Part shown: positions 34,074-43,337 of the stretch, in pieces
How the letters are laid out: each line of letters opens with the position of its first letter
Position numbering within the stretch: position 1 is the first letter of the stretch
Assembly: GCA_018813625.1 (NCBI GenBank)
Contig: JAHJBA010000055.1
Location: 1 to 58,428, forward strand
Length of the DNA stretch: 58,428 nucleotides
Direction: 5' to 3'
From: Patescibacteria group bacterium
Lineage (GTDB): Bacteria; Patescibacteriota; Minisyncoccia; Phycocordibacterales; UBA9973
Program-made: the position numbers and the translations under genes
Notes under the pieces: model-generated
The model's input: the letters and a program-made list of their open reading frames with translations, nothing else
Databases searched by the model: none
Told to the model about the DNA's origin: nothing

Positions 34074-35489
34074 TTATTTTCCCAATTTAATTCCCAATTC
34101 TTTTAATTGCTTTACCCCTATCTCAGATGGAGATTTCATCGTCAAATCTTTTCCTTCACCATTTTTTGGAAAAGCAATGACTTCACGAATATTTGGTTCA
34201 TTTTCTAAAAGCATCATTAGCCGGTCAAAACCCCAAGCAATTCCCCCGTGCGGAGGAGTGCCAGAGCGAAAGGCTTCAAGCATGTAGAAAAGATTTTTTT
34301 CAACTTCTTCTTTTTTGACTCCCATTATTTCATAAACAGCGAGAAGCGCTTCCGGCTCATGGTTTCGGATGGATCCTCCACCTAGTTCAAAGCCATTCAA
34401 AATAATATCATACTGGTTCGTTAAAATATTCGGAATATTTTTTTTGTTCAATAAGTCATCGTGAAATTCAGACTTAGTGGCAGAAAAAGGATTGTGAGTA
34501 AAAGTCCATTCACCTTCTGCCTGCGGATTATTTTTATCGTCCGCTTTTTCAAAAAACGGAAAATCTATCACCCAACAAAAAGCCAGAAGATTTTTATTTT
34601 CTTTATCTTTTCGTAAATCTGGCCTATCACTACCATGTTTTTCCATCGCCTCTTTGTAAGAAATTCTTGGAAATGGAATTTCTTGTATTTCTTTGTCGGG
34701 ATATAATTTTTTAACAATTTCTATAAGCAAGGCTTCGTTCAGCGCCATGACATCTTCCCGATCAACAAAACTCATTTCCATATCTAACTGAGTAAATTCT
34801 GGCTGGCGATCTCCGCGTAAATCTTCGTCACGCATGCATTTTGCCATTTGGAAATATTTTTCCATGCCAGACGCCATTAGAAGCTGTTTATATTGCTGAG
34901 GCGCTTGAGGCAATGCGTAAAATTTCCCCTGATCAAGCCGTGAAGGAACAATAAAGTCTCTGGCTCCTTCCGCAGTTGATCTCGAAAGGATTGGCGTTTC
35001 AATTTCAGTGAAACCTTCCTTGTTCAAATAATCACGGATTAATTTTGCAACCTTATGCCTGTTGCGGATATTTTTCTGCATCCTTTCCCTACGCAGATCA
35101 AGATACCTTTTTTCTAATCTGTGCTCTTCTCCTATTTCATATCCGTTAGTAGATAAATCTATCGCCGGAGTTTCGGCTTTATTCAAAACTTCGATATTTG
35201 TGACCTCAAGCTCAACATCACCATTTAGTACATTTGGGTTAATATTTTTTTCCGGCCTTTTGTTTACCAAACCAATAATTTTCAAAACCCATTCAGGCCT
35301 TATTTCTTTGGCTTTTTCCGTAGCTTCAGCATGATTCGGCAATGAAACGCACTGAACTTTCCCGCTCATATCGCGCATATCAAAAAATACCATTTTGCCC
35401 TGATCGCGCCTTATGTCCACCCAGCCAGCAATGATTATTTCTTTGCCGACATAATCTTTCAAATCTTTTATATAAATTCTATTTTGCAT
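34074..35489 (-). CDS. aspS: Aspartyl-tRNA synthetase, bacterial type lacking the GAD insertion
   Basis: 471 aa with DRQPEFTQLDMEMSF, GGGSIRNH and PPHGGIAWGFDRL. SDRPDLRKDKENKNLLAFCWVIDFPFFE joins directly where the ~120-aa insertion normally sits. Confidence 0.85.
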   Translation of the reverse strand: MQNRIYIKDLKDYVGKEIIIAGWVDIRRDQGKMVFFDMRDMSGKVQCVSLPNHAEATEKAKEIRPEWVLKIIGLVNKRPEKNINPNVLNGDVELEVTNIEVLNKAETPAIDLSTNGYEIGEEHRLEKRYLDLRRERMQKNIRNRHKVAKLIRDYLNKEGFTEIETPILSRSTAEGARDFIVPSRLDQGKFYALPQAPQQYKQLLMASGMEKYFQMAKCMRDEDLRGDRQPEFTQLDMEMSFVDREDVMALNEALLIEIVKKLYPDKEIQEIPFPRISYKEAMEKHGSDRPDLRKDKENKNLLAFCWVIDFPFFEKADDKNNPQAEGEWTFTHNPFSATKSEFHDDLLNKKNIPNILTNQYDIILNGFELGGGSIRNHEPEALLAVYEIMGVKKEEVEKNLFYMLEAFRSGTPPHGGIAWGFDRLMMLLENEPNIREVIAFPKNGEGKDLTMKSPSEIGVKQLKELGIKLGK

Positions 35490-35509
35490 ATTAATGTTAA
35501 TTTAAAAAA

Positions 35510-36520
35510 TTAAAAATAATCAATTTTGATAGCCTTCCTAACTTCTTCCATTGTTTTCTTGGCTTCCTCTCTAGCCCTTTCTGTTCCATCTTCTAAAATT
35601 TTCATAATCTCACTTGGATTTTTTGCTAATTCTTCTCTTCTCTCCCTTATAGGTGCCAAGAATTTTTCCAAAACTTCTATTAGCCTTTTCTTTATTATTA
35701 CATCACCTAATCCTCCCTTCTTGTATTGTTCTTTTAATTTTTTAACTTCATTTTTGTCTTCGTCAAAAATATCTAAATAGATAAAAACTACATTACCTTC
35801 TACTTTGCCTGGATCTTCCACATGTATATGTCCAGGGTCCGTATACATGTCCATAACTTTTTTGGAAATTTCCTCATGACTATCTGAAAGATAAATCGCA
35901 TTGTTTAAAGATTTTCCCATTTTTGTACTTCCATCAATTCCAACTAATCTGGGCGTATCACCCACCTTGGGCTTAATGCGATCAAAAATCTTTCCATAAA
36001 AACGATTAAAATCATCCACTATTTCGTTTGCTTGTTCTATTACCGGCAACTGATCTTCTCCAACTGGAATAACATTTGCCTTGGCAAAAAGAATGTCGGC
36101 TGCCTGGGAAACTGGATAGCATAAAAAACCAGCTGGAACATCTTCTCCAAATCCTTTCTGTTTCATCTCATCCTTAACCGTCGGATTCCTCTTCAACCTA
36201 GCCAAAGTAACCAAATTCAAAAACAAAACCGTTAGTTCAGCAATTTCCGGAATTTCTGACTGTATAAACATAGTTGTTTTTTGGGGATCAAGCCCACAAG
36301 CAAGGTTGTCAAGTGCGACCTCAAGCACATTTTTTCTTATCTTCTCCGGATTGTCCGCATTATCGGTTAATGCTTGAATATCTGCGATCATATGAAAAGA
36401 CACGTCTGACTCTTCCTGTAGTTTTAATCTATTTTTTATCGAACCAACATAATGCCCCAAATGAAGCTTGCCAGTCGGCCTATCGCCAGTAAGCACTCTT
36501 ATTTTACTATCTTTTTCCAT
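35510..36520 (-). CDS. trpS: Tryptophanyl-tRNA synthetase
   Basis: 336 aa with TGDRPTGKLHLGHYVG and KMGKSLNN. Confidence 0.88.
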   Translation of the reverse strand: MEKDSKIRVLTGDRPTGKLHLGHYVGSIKNRLKLQEESDVSFHMIADIQALTDNADNPEKIRKNVLEVALDNLACGLDPQKTTMFIQSEIPEIAELTVLFLNLVTLARLKRNPTVKDEMKQKGFGEDVPAGFLCYPVSQAADILFAKANVIPVGEDQLPVIEQANEIVDDFNRFYGKIFDRIKPKVGDTPRLVGIDGSTKMGKSLNNAIYLSDSHEEISKKVMDMYTDPGHIHVEDPGKVEGNVVFIYLDIFDEDKNEVKKLKEQYKKGGLGDVIIKKRLIEVLEKFLAPIRERREELAKNPSEIMKILEDGTERAREEAKKTMEEVRKAIKIDYF

Positions 36521-36598
36521 ATTGTTTTATATTATCATAATTTTCCCCATTTTAATAACAGTTTTGCTAACTTTTTAATTTTGATTATTTTTTCACCA

Positions 36599-36607
36599 TG
36601 CTAGAAT
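36599..36607 (+). promoter_or_regulatory. Extended -10 element (TGCTAGAAT) 6 nt upstream of the dnaB ATG
   Basis: tgctagaat-aaccca-ATG. The spacing places the expected TSS at or next to the start codon. Confidence 0.45.
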
Positions 36608-36613
36608 AACCCA

Positions 36614-38005
36614 ATGGTAAAGGGTAGAAAAAATGAACTGCGTATTCCTCCACAAAGCATTGAATCTGAGAAGGCTGTTCTAGGATCCATAATGCTCCGC
36701 AAGGACGCAATGTATGAGGTCGAAGGTTTATTGAATTCGGATTCTTTTTACGTTGAAAAACATAGGATAATTTTCCAGGCAATGCTCGATTTGTCCCTCA
36801 AAAACCAGCCAATCGATATACTTTCGCTTTCAACGAAACTCGGTGAACAAAAATTGCTCGATAATGTGGGCGGAAACCAATATCTTGCAGAAATTATAAA
36901 TACCGTGCCCTCATCCACCAATGTCAAACACTACGCTGACATAGTTCAAAAAAAATATGTCCTAAGAAGATTAATTGAAGCTGCAGATTATGTTTCCGAA
37001 CTTGCCTTTGAAGAAGGCGACGATCATATTGACGATGTTTTAGATATGGCCGAGAAAAAGGTATTCAGTGTCGTATCATCCCCAGGGGGTCAAAAGTTTG
37101 TAAGCTTGAAAGATGAACTACCTGAAGCTTTTGAGCGCTTGGAGAAACTTCATGAACACAAGGGCGCCCTTCGAGGATTGCCGACCGGCTTCCGAGATTT
37201 AGATAACATTCTTTCCGGTTTGCAAAAATCAGATTTAATAATTTTAGCAGCAAGGCCCTCAATGGGTAAAACGACTCTCGCTCTCGATATAGCGCGCATG
37301 ACTGCCATCTTGCATGAAAAGTCGGTTGGAATTTTTTCTCTTGAAATGTCCTCTCAACAATTAGTAGACAGAATGCTCTCTGCGGAATCACGAGTAAATG
37401 CTTGGAATTTGCGCACGGGACGATTATCAGCCGACAGAGAATTTTCCCAACTTCGCGATTCACTTGATAAATTATCCAAGGCAAAAATTTATGTCGATGA
37501 CCAGCCAGGAAATTCGATAGTCAGGATGAAAGCGATTTCTAGGAGACTAAAAGCAGAAAAAGGACTTGACCTCATTATCGTAGACTACCTCCAGCTTATG
37601 ACCACTTCAAAAAATTACGACTCAATGGTAAATCAAGTCACAGAAATATCCCGCTCTCTAAAGAGCTTGGCAAAAGAACTTGATGTGCCGGTACTTGCGC
37701 TTTCCCAGCTCTCTCGTGCCGTTGAATCACGAGGTGGAAAACCAAGACTTTCCGACCTTAGAGATTCCGGCTCGATCGAACAAGACGCTGATGTTGTGAT
37801 GTTTATCCACCGAGAAGACAGGGGTAAGGATGAATCAGAGAAGACAAATATAGCAGAAATATTAATTGAAAAGCATAGAAACGGCCCTACCGGAAAGATA
37901 GAACTATATTTCGACGAGAAAACGACTACTTTCCTAAACCTTGAAAAGAGCAGTCTGAATGAATTCACCTCGGCTAAAATAGACGACAGTTTGAGCGAAT
38001 TTTAA
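36614..38005 (+). CDS. dnaB: Replicative DNA helicase DnaB
   Basis: 463 aa with an N-terminal IPPQSIESEKAVLGS, Walker A ARPSMGKTTLAL and Walker B IIVDYLQLM. No intein. Confidence 0.92.
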   Translation: MVKGRKNELRIPPQSIESEKAVLGSIMLRKDAMYEVEGLLNSDSFYVEKHRIIFQAMLDLSLKNQPIDILSLSTKLGEQKLLDNVGGNQYLAEIINTVPSSTNVKHYADIVQKKYVLRRLIEAADYVSELAFEEGDDHIDDVLDMAEKKVFSVVSSPGGQKFVSLKDELPEAFERLEKLHEHKGALRGLPTGFRDLDNILSGLQKSDLIILAARPSMGKTTLALDIARMTAILHEKSVGIFSLEMSSQQLVDRMLSAESRVNAWNLRTGRLSADREFSQLRDSLDKLSKAKIYVDDQPGNSIVRMKAISRRLKAEKGLDLIIVDYLQLMTTSKNYDSMVNQVTEISRSLKSLAKELDVPVLALSQLSRAVESRGGKPRLSDLRDSGSIEQDADVVMFIHREDRGKDESEKTNIAEILIEKHRNGPTGKIELYFDEKTTTFLNLEKSSLNEFTSAKIDDSLSEF

Positions 38006-38019
38006 CAGAAAAAATCAGC

Positions 38020-38631
38020 ATGGATATAATAGAAAAACTAACTGAAGTCTTTAAAGAATTTCCCGGTATCGGAGAAAGACAGGCACGGCGCTTTGTCTAT
38101 TTTTTAATGTCGCGAAATCCAAACTACACGGAAAATTTGTCTGACCTTATTCTAGATCTGAAAAAAGAAATAGCACAATGCAAAGAATGCTTTAGGCTTT
38201 TTATAAATAAAGATAATAGAAGCAAGATATGCGATATATGTGCTGATGCTAGTCTTGATTCTTCTGTTTTAATGATAGTAGAAAAAGATTCTGATTTGGA
38301 AAGCGTCCAAAAAAGCAGAATTTATCATGGAAAATATTTTATTTTGGGTGGGCTCGTACCCGTCGTTGAAAAAAATACAAAAAACAGAATTCGCATAAAT
38401 GAACTTATTGAAAAAATCAAGAGAGAAAAAAAAATAAAAGAAATAATACTCGCCTTCTCTTTAAGTCCACAAGGTGACCACACAGATTTTTACATAAAAA
38501 GCCAGATAAAAGACATTTGTGGACCGTTAAATATAAAAATTTCATCTTTAGGCAGGGGCCTTTCCACTGGAACGGAATTAGAATATTCCGACAATGAGAC
38601 AATAAAAAACGCCTTAAAAAATAGGCAATAA
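38020..38631 (+). CDS. recR: Recombination protein RecR
   Basis: 203 aa with HhH FPGIGERQARR, zinc finger CKEC...CDIC and Toprim LMIVEKDSD. Confidence 0.88.
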   Translation: MDIIEKLTEVFKEFPGIGERQARRFVYFLMSRNPNYTENLSDLILDLKKEIAQCKECFRLFINKDNRSKICDICADASLDSSVLMIVEKDSDLESVQKSRIYHGKYFILGGLVPVVEKNTKNRIRINELIEKIKREKKIKEIILAFSLSPQGDHTDFYIKSQIKDICGPLNIKISSLGRGLSTGTELEYSDNETIKNALKNRQ

Positions 38632-38663
38632 AAAAATCCGCGCAATTGCGGATTTTTCTTTTT
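38631..38663. terminator. Bidirectional intrinsic terminator
   Basis: aaaaaa-atccgc-gcaatt-gcggat-ttttt, between convergent recR and a membrane-protein gene. Confidence 0.7.
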
Positions 38664-38666
38664 GTA

Positions 38667-39209
38667 TCAGAGAATTTCTTTGTAATGTTTATCTACATGG
38701 ATTATGTCCATGTCCTTACCATAAAGAACTAAAATTTCTTCCCCGAAATTTCCATCAAGATACTCAATGGGTTCCAGGTGATAACCTCTTTTCCTTAATT
38801 TTTCCATCCTTTCCTTCTTGTAAAAAATAAAAGTTACCAAAAGTGGCATAACTGTCATACTCACCGAAATAATAATTGCTTCCATAAAAGAAAATTCAAA
38901 GTTGCTTATTTTAGAAACAAAAAAAGTTGTGAGAAGAAAAATAAATGAAACAATTCTTAACAACCACCTATCCCAAGTCATAACTAAAATCAAAGAAAAG
39001 GAAATTACTAGAATGCAAGAAATTGAAAAATAAATCATTAAAAATCCAATTTCTCCTCCTGATTCAAAATCACACATTCCTTTAGAAATGCATGCTATCC
39101 CAGCGATGCAAGCCAGGAAAATTCCTAAATTTTTTGGTTTTTTTATATTCATATTTTCAAAGTTTTTTAAAAAAATACCATGACTATACAAAAAAGGCAA
39201 TAGAAACAA
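38667..39209 (-). CDS. Hypothetical polytopic membrane protein
   Basis: 180-aa ORF with ~4 TM and a charged C-terminal tail. The true start may be the internal MNIKKPK at 39152. Confidence 0.45.
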   Translation of the reverse strand: MFLLPFLYSHGIFLKNFENMNIKKPKNLGIFLACIAGIACISKGMCDFESGGEIGFLMIYFSISCILVISFSLILVMTWDRWLLRIVSFIFLLTTFFVSKISNFEFSFMEAIIISVSMTVMPLLVTFIFYKKERMEKLRKRGYHLEPIEYLDGNFGEEILVLYGKDMDIIHVDKHYKEIL

Positions 39210-39335
39210 TGGCCATTCCTATTGAATAAGTAAGTTTCAATTTAGTCAAGATATCCCTTGACAATATATAACGTAAAGAGTATAATCGTACTGAAAAGAT
39301 TTGTGTTATTTGATAAACTTTTAAAACAACATATT

Positions 39336-40535
39336 ATGAAAAAGATCAGTTTTCTGCTTGCATTTTTTGCATCATTTTTTTTCTTTCAGGTAATGGGTCA
39401 AAATAACCCTAAAAAAGACATCAAAGAAATAAGCCAAAAAATCAATGATGGCCAAAAGACAGAAGCCATCAAGCTTCTTTCGAAGCTCCAGACACCGGAA
39501 TTAACAGACAAGGAAGCATGCTTTTTCGTATGCTATTCTTATCTGAAGTTTTACTTTCCAAAAGACTCTGGAATGACAGAAGAATATATCGAGTGCATAC
39601 TCGATACCATTTCTAACGGAAAGCTATTATTTCAGACAATGCCGGAAACAGGAATCCTTTTTTTTACTCCAAAAACGAAAGCGAAAATCGTAAGACTTTC
39701 AAAAAACTTGATCGATGTTGACGGGGAGTCTTTCCAAAAACTACAAAAGTTTTACAAAGATACCCTCCTGCATATCCAAGAATATTCAGAGCAGGATAAT
39801 ATCATTAAGGAGAAAAAAGATCCGATAAAAATTACGGAGATACAAAATTACGATTCCCTGCAAGTCGCCAGAGATACTCAGTTTAAAAAACTGAAAGACG
39901 AAATCTCAAATTATCGTCAGATGCTTGGTGACACTATTGAAAAATACACCACGCAAGGAGCATTGACCGACTTGAAAAAAAATGCCCCCGAAGCATTGAA
40001 CGATTCTGTTTACCTAAATATCGAGGTTTACAGTATAGATTCGATGAAACTGGAAGCATATTTAGTTCAACCAACAGAAGGACAAATTTCTGTTGAGCAT
40101 TCTGTCGCCCAGTATTGTAATGAAAAAGTTAACGCATACGTAAAAAACGGTGTATACGAAATTCTACAGCGATGGTGCCACCTTACAGAGGGTGATACTC
40201 TAGAAATCTATGTGGAAATAATCGGTGAAGCTGATGACGTTTGGTCGGACACAACACAACTGCAAACTTTTTCAGAAGATTGCTATGGGATCGGATCACA
40301 ATTAAAACTCAAAGCCGGTGATAAAATAACGAATTATCAAATCGCCAACTTGAGAACATTGAATGCTCAAAAATTTTTGGGAGAAGGCATCAAAAAAACT
40401 GAAGCCGAAACCAAAAAAGTCATAAAGATGATAAAACCGCCTGATCTCAGTTCTGTGGACTGGCGAAAAAATGACAAGGAAGAAAAAGGCCCACAGTTTC
40501 GTAAAGAAACGATAATGTTGGTAAGGCAACCATAA
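39336..40535 (+). CDS. Hypothetical secreted protein
   Basis: The start was moved to MKKISFLLAFFASFFFFQVMGQ (signal peptide); the track ORF begins at 39258. ~400 aa with a helical N-terminal half. The C-terminal segment IIGEADD...ANLRTLNAQKFL is only faintly OmpA-like. Confidence 0.5.
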   Translation: MKKISFLLAFFASFFFFQVMGQNNPKKDIKEISQKINDGQKTEAIKLLSKLQTPELTDKEACFFVCYSYLKFYFPKDSGMTEEYIECILDTISNGKLLFQTMPETGILFFTPKTKAKIVRLSKNLIDVDGESFQKLQKFYKDTLLHIQEYSEQDNIIKEKKDPIKITEIQNYDSLQVARDTQFKKLKDEISNYRQMLGDTIEKYTTQGALTDLKKNAPEALNDSVYLNIEVYSIDSMKLEAYLVQPTEGQISVEHSVAQYCNEKVNAYVKNGVYEILQRWCHLTEGDTLEIYVEIIGEADDVWSDTTQLQTFSEDCYGIGSQLKLKAGDKITNYQIANLRTLNAQKFLGEGIKKTEAETKKVIKMIKPPDLSSVDWRKNDKEEKGPQFRKETIMLVRQP

Positions 40536-40542
40536 AAATAAA

Positions 40543-40576
40543 AATCCCTAGTTTCCAAAATTAGGGATTTTTTTTA
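40543..40576. terminator. Bidirectional intrinsic terminator
   Basis: aatcccta-gtttccaaaat-tagggatt 8-bp hairpin plus T-run, between the convergent secreted-protein gene and rplU. Confidence 0.65.
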
Positions 40577-40891
40577 TTTAATTGAGAGTATTTTTACTTT
40601 AAAAAATGGCTGACGGTGGCCGTTTCTGCGCAGATAACGTGATTTCTGCTTGTATTTTACAACTAAAATTTTTCTACTTCGTCCAACCTGTTCTATCTCC
40701 GCATCAACTTTTGCACCTGTAATATAAGGAGTACCTATGGTGGTATCTTTTCCATCATCAACCATAAGAACCTTGTCAAAAGAGACCTTATCTCCTTTCT
40801 TAAATTCCCCTTTTATCTTCTCGATCGAAATTACATCCCCCTTTGAGACTTTATACTGTTTTCCACCTGTTTTTATTACTGCAAATTCCAT
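40574..40891 (-). CDS. rplU: 50S ribosomal protein bL21
   Basis: Start set at MEFAVIKTGGKQYKV, the typical L21 N-terminus. ~105 aa, ending HRQPFFKVKI. Confidence 0.88.
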   Translation of the reverse strand: MEFAVIKTGGKQYKVSKGDVISIEKIKGEFKKGDKVSFDKVLMVDDGKDTTIGTPYITGAKVDAEIEQVGRSRKILVVKYKQKSRYLRRNGHRQPFFKVKILSIK

Positions 40892-40947
40892 AAAACCAAT
40901 ACTAACAAAATTTTGAGAAAATGCAAGCATTTTGCTATAATATCCTT

Positions 40948-41976
40948 ATGCAAACTAAAACAATAGAAAGGTATTTTTTCTTTGGAATCTTATTAGCTAC
41001 TTTAATTTTTACGTTATTAATTTTTAAGCCTTTTTGGATGGTAATTATCCTGGGAATATCTTTTACAATAGTTCTCTATCCTATATATAAATGGATGGTA
41101 GATAAAAAAATTCCACCTTGGCTCTCAAGTCTTATTACCGTTATTGCACTGACTATAATCCTTTGTGGACCTATACTTTTAATTGGCACAATCATAGCTC
41201 AACAATCACAAGATGTTTATTATCAAATAGTCTATAACGGAGGAGCTACTTCTTTCCTAAAAGTAATAGAAAATCAAATAAATAACATACTACCAGGAGA
41301 TTTATATTTTAATGCGACAGAAAAAGCTTCAGACTTTATTTATTTTATTTCAAATAATATTACAAAGATATTTAGTTCCACACTTTCTGCTATTTTATCA
41401 TTTTTATTAATGATTCTATCTGTATTTTATTTCCTTAAAGACGGAAAAAGATGGAAAGAGGCATTAATAAGACTAAGTCCACTAAGGGACGCTGATGATC
41501 ATAAAATCATTGTCAAACTTTCCAAAACAGTAAATGGAGTAATAAAAGGATATATTTTTATAGCAATTATTCAAGGAACCCTAACAGGCATAGGGTTAAC
41601 TATTTTTGGTGTTCCAAACTCAGTTCTTTGGGGATCTATAGCAATAATAGCTTCGCTTATACCATGGGTTGGAACTGCAGTTATTTCTATACCAGCTATG
41701 ATATTTCTTTATACGACAGGAAACACAGCAGAAGCTATCGGTCTTTTGATTTGGTCAGTGGCACTAGTCGCAACAATTGATAATTTTTTGAACCCTATAC
41801 TTGTTGGAAAAAAAATAAAAATACCCCCACTTCTTATTTTATTTTCAGTATTAGGTGGAATCTCCGTTTTTGGACCTATTGGAATTCTAATTGGACCTCT
41901 TGCCGTAAGCTTGTTATATGCACTTATTTCAATTTATAGAAACGAATTTAGGCAAAGCTCTGATCTACAATCTTAA
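40948..41976 (+). CDS. AI-2E family (PerM/YdiK-like) transporter
   Basis: ~342-aa polytopic protein with the layout typical of this family (long loop after TM3, G-rich C-terminal TMs). The start at MQTKTIERYFF avoids overlapping rplU. Confidence 0.6.
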   Translation: MQTKTIERYFFFGILLATLIFTLLIFKPFWMVIILGISFTIVLYPIYKWMVDKKIPPWLSSLITVIALTIILCGPILLIGTIIAQQSQDVYYQIVYNGGATSFLKVIENQINNILPGDLYFNATEKASDFIYFISNNITKIFSSTLSAILSFLLMILSVFYFLKDGKRWKEALIRLSPLRDADDHKIIVKLSKTVNGVIKGYIFIAIIQGTLTGIGLTIFGVPNSVLWGSIAIIASLIPWVGTAVISIPAMIFLYTTGNTAEAIGLLIWSVALVATIDNFLNPILVGKKIKIPPLLILFSVLGGISVFGPIGILIGPLAVSLLYALISIYRNEFRQSSDLQS

Positions 41977-41981
41977 ATAAA

Positions 41982-43337
41982 ATGTCACTAAAATTTTACA
42001 ATACATTAACACGGGAAAAAGAAGAATTCTCCCCTATCAATAAAAATGAAGTAAGCATGTACACATGCGGTCCTACCGTATACAACTACCCACACATAGG
42101 AAATTACAGGGCTTATATATTCGCTGATGTTTTGAAAAGAGTTTTGTCCTACAGCGGATACAATGTAAAACATATAATGAATATTACGGATATTGATGAC
42201 AAAACCATCCGTGACTCTCAAAAAGAAAAAAAATCTCTAAAAGAATTCACGGAATTCTATACAGAAGAGTTTATGAAGGATATAAGATCTCTAAATATCC
42301 TATACCCTACCAAATTTACAAAGGCCACGGATTACATAAAAGAAATGGTAGAACTTATAAAAAGACTTCTAGAAAAAGGTTTTGCATATAAAAGCTCAGA
42401 CGGAAGCACATATTTTGATATAAAAAAATTCAAGGAATATGGAAAACTTTCCCGCCTTGTTTTAGAAGAACAAAAAGAAAATGCCTCGAACAGAATTAAA
42501 ACGGACGAATACGAAAAAGAAAACGCTCAGGACTTCGCTCTTTGGAAAGCATATGACGAAAAAGACGGAGATGTATTTTGGGATACGGAATTAGGCAAAG
42601 GAAGGCCAGGCTGGCATATAGAATGCTCAGCTATGTCTATGGCAAATCTAGGAGAACAATTGGACATCCACACTGGTGGAGTAGATAATATTTTTCCGCA
42701 TCACGAAAACGAGATAGCTCAATCCGAAGGAGCTACAGGAAAACAATTTGTTAGATTTTGGATGCACAACGAATGGGTTCTGGTTGATCAGAAAAAAATG
42801 GCAAAATCCCTGCAGAATTTTTATATATTAAAAGATTTAACACAAAAAGGAATAAACCCAATTTCTTACAGATTTTGGCTTTTAATGGCTAATTACAGAA
42901 CTAGGGTTAATTTCGTATGGGAAGCGTTAGAGGGTGCGGAAACGGCCTTAAAACGCCTTCGTAGGCTCTATTTAGAGCTTGGTGAGCAAACAGGAAAGGT
43001 AAATGAGGGATATCAGCAAAAATTTAAAGAGTATTTAGAAGATGATCTAGATACGCCGAGAGCATTATCCGTCCTCTGGGATGTAATAAAAGATGAAAAA
43101 GTTTCTCCGGCTGACAGAAAGGCAACAATTTTAGATTTTGATAAAGTATTAGGACTAGGTTTTGAAAATTTGAAGGAAGAAACTATTCCTGAAGAGATTC
43201 ATGAGATTGCAATGGAACGGCAAGAAGCACGCAAAAATAAAGATTTCAAAAAATCTGATGAGTTGAGAGACAAAATAAATTCTCTCGGTTATAAAATTAA
43301 AGACACCTCCTCTGGAGTAAAAATATCAAAAATCTAA
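41982..43337 (+). CDS. cysS: Cysteinyl-tRNA synthetase
   Basis: 451 aa with CGPTVYNYPHIGNYR (HIGH), GWHIECS and KMAKSLQN. Confidence 0.9.
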   Translation: MSLKFYNTLTREKEEFSPINKNEVSMYTCGPTVYNYPHIGNYRAYIFADVLKRVLSYSGYNVKHIMNITDIDDKTIRDSQKEKKSLKEFTEFYTEEFMKDIRSLNILYPTKFTKATDYIKEMVELIKRLLEKGFAYKSSDGSTYFDIKKFKEYGKLSRLVLEEQKENASNRIKTDEYEKENAQDFALWKAYDEKDGDVFWDTELGKGRPGWHIECSAMSMANLGEQLDIHTGGVDNIFPHHENEIAQSEGATGKQFVRFWMHNEWVLVDQKKMAKSLQNFYILKDLTQKGINPISYRFWLLMANYRTRVNFVWEALEGAETALKRLRRLYLELGEQTGKVNEGYQQKFKEYLEDDLDTPRALSVLWDVIKDEKVSPADRKATILDFDKVLGLGFENLKEETIPEEIHEIAMERQEARKNKDFKKSDELRDKINSLGYKIKDTSSGVKISKI

